DNA of 64,000 nt from Chlorokybus atmophyticus (taxonomy: Eukaryota > Plantae > Mesostigma and Chlorokybus algae): positions 548,015-612,014 of the forward strand of contig RHPI01000008.1 in the NCBI GenBank assembly GCA_009103225.1, in the 5' to 3' direction. The notes below the pieces were generated by a model. That model was not told the origin of the DNA, made no database searches, and was given only the letters and a program-made list of their open reading frames with translations. Shown in pieces: positions 54,728 to 64,000 of the stretch. How positions within the stretch are numbered: position 1 is the first letter of the stretch; the number at the start of each line of letters is the position of its first letter. A program made the position numbers and the translations under genes.

Positions 54728-57628
54728 TCATCTAGGCTCTCGATCCAAACAAGCTGCATGCGAGTTGAACACCGAAGTCGCGTGTCGCAAAACCTTCAGA
54801 CTGTCACTGACAACAGTTTCTGATTTTTCATCAAGCGGGTCGTGTGGGGTGGGTGTTGGAGGGACTGCACACTGAGAGCGCTGTTCTTTATGTTTGTACG
54901 CAAGCTGAATCGCCTTCTTGAGCGTAGCGAGCGCATGTATGAGTCCGTCCTCAGCAGCATAATCTGCATCAGGCAACTCTGATTCCGCATTCCCGTTGGC
55001 TTTATGTGGCGTCGCCGGCTGATCAACACGCCCGTGTTGCGCAAACGGGGCTATGGTGCTTCGAACCGTGCGCGGGGTGACTTGCGGGTCAGCCCCTTCC
55101 TGACCCGACGTGCTCGGCGTCGGCGGGTACTCCACAAGCTCCAAGCGCGTGCCCGCTTGCTCCACGACAGTGTGGGAAGCGCGCCCTTGCTGAGGTGAAA
55201 GACTGTGCGCGCTGCCATTGGCACTGCGTCTGAACCGCCAACTCCAACTCGGTGTGCCCGCCGAACGAGTTGATGCTGCGGCCACAGGAGTACCTGCCGA
55301 CGCAGGAGTACTCGGTGCTGATGGTCCCACCTGCACTTCCAATGTCGCAGGTCTGCCTGATGACGTAGGTGGGGAAGATGTGTGCGCGTGTTCCGCCCAA
55401 TGCATCTGCATACTGGGTTGCTTATTTGATGGCTGAGCGCGAGGTTGTGCAGCTGGCTGTAAACTCGCTGTCTGCAGAGTCTTGACAGTCTTGACTGCTG
55501 GCAAGGGACTGTTGACAATGGCCGCAGGGGAAGGTCTATTTGGTTGCCCGTAAAGCAGCTCTTTGATGCGCAAGTAGAGCTGCTCCTTGCTGAGCAGCTC
55601 ATGGTAGGGTCCCTTGTCGGTGTGCCTTAGGCTCTTCACCTGCTTGTCAAACAGCTTGTGCCCAGGGGGAGCCAGCTGGCGCGATATGAAGTTAAGGATG
55701 GCCGGAGGCACGTGGTCCAGCTTCATGTCCAGGTGCGTGATCGTGCGGTACGCGCACAGCGTGTCCGAGATGTGGTGCAGCAGCACACCACCGCTCAGCT
55801 CCATCCGCACGATCCCCTTCTCTGGGGGGGCCACGTCAGCCTTTGTGAAGATCTCCGTATCCCAATCCAGAAGAGAAAGGTCATGGGGCACCTGCAGCAG
55901 TTACATGACAACACGTTTTATATAGACATTCTGGTCTCTCAACTCCACCAACGCAAATCCACAACTATCCATGGTTTGATTATGCCTTACGTTCTATCAA
56001 TGCACAATTGAGGAGTTTATCAAGCAGGTTAGCGCATGTATGCCATACCCCGCATGGTGTAGGACAGTTGAGTACAGCTACCAACTAGACTACTGTGTGA
56101 CATGTTGTAAGTAACTGGTGCACTGTGTTGCTTTTGGCAATGGTTGACAGCGTCAAGATCTGAAAGACGATTCACCGAGAGCCTTGTGGCACTTACCGAA
56201 CGCAGAACGAACAGCACTTGCTTCGCGTCCGGGATGGGCACTATGTACGTGAACACACACAGGTCTCGGGGTGCAAGGGGATACTGCACGGTGATGCTGT
56301 GACACAGGTGAAAGCAGCAGCTCAGTGCACTGGCCCAGCATGCGGCATCTAAGCCATGACAACTAGACATGTGTCAAACATTATCTTTGCAAGGGAGCGC
56401 ATGCGCACAAGAACAGTTCAACATTGAATGAGCGGCTTACTTCTCCAGCCACAGCGCCTGCCCCGGGAAGAACTGGCGAATCCACTTTGCGCTGGTTACT
56501 GCAAACTTGGGGAATGTGGAGGAAGGCTGCCTGTGGGTGGGTAAGTGTAATTGATTACTACACTAGGCTGGCTGCACAACTATCTATCACATCCAGAGGA
56601 GACATACCACAATGGAAAGTATGGAGCTTCATATCCAACACACAGAGCTGCAACATGAGAGCAGTTGTCAGGACACTTACTCCAGACAGTATTTGATATG
56701 TCAAAATTATTTGTGCCTTGTGAGCAAAGCGATTGACTATACCATGAAGCAGCGGTCCTTCAAGCAACCCCTCCACGCAAAGCGTTTGCAATGGACTTCC
56801 TTCCGTACTGGACCGTTGCAGCACCCGACAACCTTCTGAGTCGAATGCGACCTGCAGTGCACATACTAAGCAACCCAGTGCTGAGCCACTTATATTTCAC
56901 ACTGAGTGCTGTATTGCACACCTTCCAAGGCGGACGTTGTGGGGAGCTGCCGCGCGGCCATGACTGCGCATGAGGCTTGTCAACATCCGACACGGATCGC
57001 AAAACCTCGTACAAGGCGCCGATCTCTTTGACTTGCCGCGCGAGTGCGCCAGGCTTTTTCCGAAGTGCTTCGAGCATTTCATCGCCTTGTGCCTGCATGC
57101 GAATGTGCACAACAGTTGGAGACTGCAAGACAAGAAAACTGTGGACCTATAACTTGGCTACTGCAACGCTGCATTTTGGAAGCTGGGTCTAAAACAATGA
57201 ACGTAATGGTATACAATCACACATTATTTGCGACTGCTGTCCGTGACCAATGAACCTATTTGCAAGTACACTAACTTGCCTGATGTTGACTATGCCAGAA
57301 CCTACTCTATACTAGATGTTTCAGTGTAAACATCTGCTGAGCAGCTGCCAAGCATGCCTGTCAGAGAGCCAAAGCGCTATGCTGAGCAGCAACAGTAAAA
57401 GCTAAGTAGAAGCAGAAGAGGCTCAGTGCACACCAACTGTGCTTGCCAAAGCAATTTTGCTCTGGTCAACACTGCCGATGGTTGGGTTCACACGGTGAGC
57501 GTCTTGACTACCAGCGCAGACGCAACTATCATCACCTGCAGAAGCTTCTCGACCCGCACTGGGTCGTCGAGGCGGGCGTTGCCCAACGCCTCATTTAAGT
57601 TCACGCGGTAGGCCGGGAGCTTCGTCAT
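54728..57628 (-). CDS. START-like / polyketide-cyclase lipid-binding superfamily protein with long low-complexity C-terminus
   Basis: Exons MTKLPAYRVNLNEALGNARLDDPVRVEKLLQ, VAFDSEGCRVLQRSSTEGSPLQTLCVEGLLEGPLLH, PSSTFPKFAVTSAKWIRQ, YPLAPRDLCVF, KGIVRMELSGG, HLDMKLDHVPPAILNFISRQLA. These match the plant START-like family pattern. Confidence 0.78.
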
Positions 57629-58274
57629 CCCGCCTGACGGCCTGTACTTCTCACCGCCTGCTTGAGGAAGCACCCGGGCAAGCAGCAGAACTAACCACGC
57701 CGACAACTTTACCGCCGCCGCCCACGACGACGCCACCACCAACGACGTCGCCGTCGATCAGGCCAGGCCAGGCCGGACCTGCTGGCCTGCAGTGACAATG
57801 CTCGTTTAGATCTGACCAGACTACGTCAGTCAACTGGGTGCAGGCTCCTGCTAGTTGTTACCACACTCCTCAATCTGCCTTCGCAACAGTCAAACTGTTG
57901 CCAAAAGCACGGCTAACTGTAACTGTCTTGGTTACATTATTCGCAAGCTTAGGTGCTTGAACGGAGTCTACAATCGGACTTTTTAGACTCGCGTCGTTCG
58001 GGCTCATAAACTTCAGTGAGCGTAGATGAGCCCAACAAACGTTCAGTGAACTTGCCAAGCCCTACACGTCGCTAACCAGTCGTCAATCAAATTGCCTGTG
58101 CTCGTGGGCGGGAAGGTTGCTGGCGATGGCGGTGTGGGTGGCGGCGGCGTTGTCGAAGGAGCTTCTGCAACTGTCGCTGCTGGGATTTTATGTGGATTGA
58201 AATGTCCGAGATGACAACTCTATACTGCAGGAAGGGCTGGTGAGGTCAAACGTTGGGGAGGACTGGGTAGCAGC

Positions 58275-61200
58275 ATGCGTGCTAGCGGTCTGCAGCCAGC
58301 GTCAGCTGACGCTGGCTCCAACCAGCTGCATGTTGCCTCTTTGAAGCGATCTAGACGCCAAAGCGCAAAACTCGCTGACTTTTTAAAGAGCATTGCTGGT
58401 AGAAAACGGCCCAAGCCCACAGCAGGCATCGTTGAGGTGGGTACTCCTTCCTCCTTGCCTTCCTTGTTTGTTTTCAAGCGGCAGGTTGTTTAACGTTGGG
58501 GTTCTAAGATTGAACGCTGTTGCAAGTTGTCAAGTAGGTAGTGCAAGGTAGTCAGAGCTTGTCGCATGCTGCAACAAGCTCTGACTGTTGCAATCAAGAC
58601 AACGGAACTAGATTACCAATGCACTGAAGCTATGCATTCGTACTTGTAACACACAGGCCAGACTGGCTGATGGCAATGCAGTCGACCAGATGCATGACGC
58701 GCCTGCGCTGAGTCTACCATCTGGAACGAGGAAACGCAATGGCAAGGCCAAGAGTCTTCCGGCCGCTGTGAAAGGTGCGAACTATGGCTTGTTGGTTTCA
58801 AGGATGAATACACGTCCTGGATTTTGCGCCATACGTGCAGCTTGGTCGGTTCAGACTCCCCAGCCTGTTGACGTTAGAACATTTGATCCATAACATGCAT
58901 TGGATTTGCTGTTTCATTCGGTCACTGGTGTACTATAAATTGTAGCAATCCAAAGTATATCCCCACCCCCCTACCCGCGTTTGCAACCTGTAGCATGCAC
59001 AATGGAATGTCTATGCACTGCCACGATTTGGTAGTGGGCTTAGCGGAAGAGAGGGCAGAGGGAGTTTGTGTTTTGGTTCCAGCATCCTTTTCCTTGTGCT
59101 TACTTTCAGTGGCTGCCAGAGTCAAGTGCAGCGTTGCTGGCAGCATCGGCATCAACTGCACGAGCAATGTCGCCCCTCGTTGAACCGGCAGATACGCTGG
59201 TAATGCTAATGCGCAACGCATCGCCTGGCCCTGCTTCACCGCCTGCCCAGCCTGCCGTTCCTGCACTGGCTGCCGCACCCACGCAATCCAGCTTGCCTAC
59301 CGCGCCCAATGCAGCGAGTCCGCCTTTGCCAAAGTCACCACTGCAACTCCCGAAAGCATGGTCAAGCACGCAAGCTGCTGCACTGGCGTCCGAAGCTGCT
59401 TCTATGTCAACCAAAGCCGCTGAGTTCATACTTGCACTTGCTGAATGGATGGAGAGGCAAGCTTCTTGCAAGCAGTTCCAGGTGGTGGCTCTGGCTGGCG
59501 TGCATCCATCTGCTATCATTGGCAGGGAATGCAAAATCTGGTGGCCCTTGGATGGGATATGGTATGACGGTCATATAGACCACTATGACATGCAGAAAAG
59601 GCGGCACAAGGTGAATAACCTCAAGCTTGTTGTGCCTGTGCCCAAGCTAGGTAGAAGTTGCCCTTATGGCTGGTGGCTTGGTTGCAGGTGAGGTACGAGG
59701 ATGGCGAGTTTGAATGGGTGGATTTAGGCATGGAACGAGTACAGCTGTTGCTCGCGCCTGGAGAGCAGTTGGCTGTGTGCGAGCGACAAGAACCGTCTGC
59801 AGCACCTTTGCAAGGAAGGTGGCCAGGTGGCCGCGTGGAGGCCATTGATAGTCATCTGGTGGCGGGCATTCGGACGATGCATGGTGGTGGTCAATCAAGC
59901 ATTCAAAGAGCTCAACCCATGCCTCAACCAGGGGAAGCTGTTTGGGGCCACGTGAAAGGCTTCCCATGGTGGCCTGCGTTGGTTGTAGATGAAGATGAAG
60001 CTGAGCAAGCTGGTATACCTGCTGGTCAATTGACGGGCACCGTTCCAATGCAATTCTTTGGCACACATGACCACAGCAGGTGAAACAATGAAGCCCACTA
60101 CTGGCAAAAGAATCTACCACCTGTTGGCATCGCATAGCACGTGCAGCAGACAGATTGAGCAACTCACCATTCTCGTTGCTCAGGCTTCGTGCTTCTAGCG
60201 TGTGCTTATTCAACCAAGGCATCCGTAAGCGTTACCACCAGCTTTGTAGAACGGTGCAGTTCACGAAATCTGTAAACGAGGTCTTGAGGTATGGCTTACA
60301 TCATGCACCAGGCAGGCATGTGCTTCTTGCACATGCCTGTCAGTTGTTGTAGGCACGCAAGATCCACAAGGTGGCGAAATACAACATGCGTTAACGTGTA
60401 CAGGTACCTTAAAGAAGGTGATCTGCCCGGCCCCATGCAGAGTGTGATTGAGGATGAGCTGCCACAGGACACGGATGCTAATCAGCCCACTCCAAGCGCT
60501 GCAGATACCTCTGCAGCCACCATGGATATCACTGTGATGACACCCCTGTTGCTGCCTTATGAGGTCGACGGGCTAACGGTTTTGCGGTTTGGTAAGTTAC
60601 ATCCAGAGTAGTCGTGCGTGTAAGGCAATGGTTGTGCCAAACGGCAATACTAACACCAAACAACGCAGGTGCTGTGGTCCCCAACAATGCCTCCTTTCAC
60701 AGTGACAGGCATATATTTCCTTTGGGCTATGAAGCCGTGCGGATGTTGCCTTCCTCGGCAGGTGACTCTGTGACTACTGAGCCTTTGGGCAGTAGTGTGA
60801 ACATGTCTTATTTGGCACATGTGTTGCAGACGCAAAAGCCCTTCATCGCCATCAGTTCTTCATCTCTACTGCTGTCAATTCACGGGCGGTTACGGATTTG
60901 GATTTACTGACCGTAGTGTCCATCAGTGGTGACCAGAAGCCCTTGTTCTGCATCTGTGCTGAAGGCTTTCCGCGGGTGAGCCCTCATGCTGAGCTCTGTA
61001 ATCTCACTATATGGTTACATTGAATCCTAGCATTCGTCAGTTGGCACTTGACCAGCTAGAGCTTTAGTAACCAGTACTGTGCGTGAAGATTTCAGGGACA
61101 ACACCGGCAGTTGCCTTGCAAGTCCTGAATGGCAAACGACGTAAACAGCCAGGTGCCCGCAAACAATGCGATATTCGGATGGGTGCTGCTGAGCTTTTTG

Positions 61201-64000
61201 GATTTGGAGTCAATGAAGTTGCCATGCACATCAAGGTGAGGGCATCTTTGACATGCCAGGCAGTTTTCTAGAGTCCCCGTAGTGCATCCTGTCTAACCAG
61301 CTTCAGTGCAGGCTTTGCCTGGGGCACCATGCCTGGCGCAAGCGGTCAGCCCTTCTCAACCATGCGCGGATGGAGTGTCAACAGCAGGTGGACAAGTGAT
61401 GCAGCCCAGTAGTGTCATAAACAAGGACACAGCCGTGCTGCAGCATCAAGGGCGCTGCAATGTTTGTTTCGTTGCAGAGGTGATTGCCATATAGCATCAT
61501 GAGCCAGCCATTGGTTGGGATGGGTTTACTCACAGTGCTGCATGTACTTGCTGTGAAGACTTGACACTTGTTTTCCGCATCTTGGAGACTTTGCAAAAGA
61601 TGCATGCTCACACTGTTTATGTGCACGAACAGGAGTACGCTGATAACTTGTTGATGCAATGCGACCGCTGCCGAGTCATGGTATGGTTACTGCTGGCTTG
61701 CTTCTGCAACTGTGCAAAGCATGCTTGCTGAAGCTGCACCTGTTGTGCAGGTGCATAGCAGTTGCTATGGACCTTCTGTGGCTGAGTGCAGCGCCTGGCT
61801 GTGCTCTGCCTGCGATCACATCGTGAACCAACACAATGATGCTCTCCCAGAGAGCTTGCATCCCCGCTGCTGCCTTTGCCCTATTGCAGGTACGCTGTTC
61901 ATGTAGCTTTCATGTAACGCAAATTGGTTAATCGCCATGCGTTAAGAACCCAAAGTTCTGCTTTAATTGACAGGTGGAGCAATGAAGCCTACCACAGATA
62001 GCAGATGGGCTCATGTGGCCTGCGCTATGTGGATTCCTGGTATGGCTGGATGTTGCAACTGCATGCGTATGACCCGTAGATGGGTTGCCTTACTGCTTGT
62101 GGAACGCCTTCCAGAAACTGCTTTTGAGGATGTGGACAAATTGGAGCCCATTACTCTTGTGAGCACAATCCCCAAGGTATGCATGTGATACCATGGCTAG
62201 CAGCTACTGCAACCACCGTGGTGTAGCTGTGCATTGTTGATATGATGTTATGGCAGTCACGATGGAAACTGCGCTGCTCAATATGCAGCATCGCGTGTGG
62301 CGCATGCATTCAGGTACAGCAACGTGTGCTTGGCCTTTCAAGTACCGATGTAATGTGTGTGCAAGTGTGGGTGTTGGGGCATTGATTATGTGCGCGTCTG
62401 CAGTGCGAAGTGCGAACCTGCTATGCTGCTTATCACCCTCTTTGTGCACGGGGAGCGGGGTACTGCATGGAGGTAATGTTGCAGCAAAAGGCTGGTTGTT
62501 CTCGCCTGCACCTTGCATACAATTGGTTATCAACTGTTTTGTGCAAGCAGTACGTGGAGGAAGCTAGCAATGCCAAGACGACTGCGCTGGTCTCTCCCAG
62601 CAGAGCGGGTGAGTGGTTGTTTCAAGCGGCCTGATGGACATCTATTAACGTTTGCTTTGCCTCTTCTGCCATTTACTCTTGTTTGCCATGGTTGACTTTG
62701 AGACAGCACACAGGCACAGAAAGCAGCGCAGACCGCCTAGCATTACGATCCTACTGTCCTTCACATGCACCTATGATGCGAGCGGAGGCTCGTAAAATGC
62801 AAAGTGCGATACCTGCTGTGTCTGCTAAAGACTACCAGCCACCACAGTTGCAAGCAGGCTGTGCTCGAGCAGGTACTTGCTGCAGTGGTCATTCTGTGTG
62901 TGTCTCTTTTTGGGCTTACGTTATGCCAAGGACACTAGCCTGAGTGTTGAATTGCAAATGCACAGAACCTTACAACCCGGCAGCACGGCGAGGACGTCGT
63001 GAGCCAGATGCTGTGGCTGCTGCCATGGCCAAAAGGCTGTTTGTGGAGACTGTCCCTTATGAAGTGCGCGGCATGTCTCGCCACCGAATGCCATTGCAGC
63101 CGGAGTTGTGCGAGCGGATGATGACAGGAAGTTCAAACCCCACAACCAATGCCTTCCTCAGTATGGGTGACAGATTCCGGAGGATGCGGCACTCCCTATA
63201 CGAGCGCCTGGCCTTTGGTATGGATGCACGCTGACAGTTTTGTTCACTGGCTCACAAGCTGGCTTCATGGAAGTGATAATCAGTTGCGCATGCCTGTTGA
63301 CAAGACTATTTGTATAATTTTCTTATTGCTTCAGGCAAATCCGCAATACATGGCTGGGGTGCGTTTGCAAAGCAGCGGTTCCGGGCTGGTGATATGGTAA
63401 GTGACATCATGTATGCTGTGCTGAAGCAGCCCTCCTGCGTGTCAAGTGGGTGCTTGTGTGCTGCAAAGGTTACTTGCACTGCATGACGGTTGCTTGACCT
63501 GTTGGGGTTATGACTGTAGGTTGTGGAGTACATTGGAGAAAGTGTTCGTCCGTCCGTGGCTGATTTGCGAGAAAGACGCTGCTACGACGCCATTGTGGTA
63601 AGCGGAGCATACACATGCCAGCATTTAGGCCTGGTGGGAGGCATGTATTGCCAAGGCATCCTTCATGTCTGCTGAAATAACTTGGCTTCGGCAGGGTGCT
63701 GGAACTTATATGTTTCGTGTGGACGACAACAAGGTCGTTGATGCGACCCGAACTGGAAGCTTAGCTCACCTGATTAACCATGCCTGTGAGGTGAGTCCTT
63801 GCTGCCAAGATGCCCAAAAGCTTCGCGTTGTTGCGCACTGATGAACCCATCTTGCCTGGCAGCCAAACTGTTTTAGCAAAGTTGTCAAGTATGATGGTGA
63901 TGACCGCATTGTCATCTTTGCGATGCAAAACGTTGAAGTCGGTGAGGAGCTTACCTATGACTACAGGTAATCATAGGTGCATGCTAATGTTGCACCCATT
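58275..64000 (+). CDS. ATX: Trithorax-like H3K4 methyltransferase (ATX1/ATX2 type), 3'-incomplete at the window edge
   Basis: Tudor-like IGRECKIWWPLDGIWYDG, PWWP VWGHVKGFPWWPALV, FYRN FHSDRHIFPLGYEAVR, PHD CNVCF...LLMQCDRCRVMVHSSCYG, ePHD [40 protein letters not shown]...VVEYIGE...YMFRVDD...AHLINHACEPNC...GEELTYDY. Confidence 0.95.

Overview
Eukaryotic nuclear DNA with dense GT-AG introns, from a green-lineage organism. A HASTY-type exportin, an ATX1/2-type trithorax, an MSL4-10-type channel and SMG1 point to a green alga, possibly an early streptophyte (inference). Recognisable spliced genes: MRT4 (-), a small plastid-type membrane protein (-), an F-box/ankyrin protein (+), pantothenate kinase (+), SMG1 (+), an unknown 2-TM protein (-), POLD2 (+), an MscS-like channel (-), tRNA-Ala(AGC), organellar uL1 (-), HASTY/XPO5 (+), a START-like protein (-) and ATX (+, runs off the window end). 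Accessory material: a decayed copy of the SMG1 3' end; a frameshifted gene with a possible PD-(D/E)xK domain (14.9-16.3 kb); a nested TE cluster (25.7-32.3 kb) with Penelope-like retroelement remnants and a Zn-finger/Plavaka-type transposase pseudogene; and a ~3 kb AT-rich island beside the tRNA. The most unusual structure is two head-to-head loci whose opposing start codons lie inside mirror-image inverted repeats. The uL1 and HASTY ATGs are only 68 bp apart, inside a perfect 16-bp inverted repeat. Gene models and family calls were made by eye from motifs; no database search was run.
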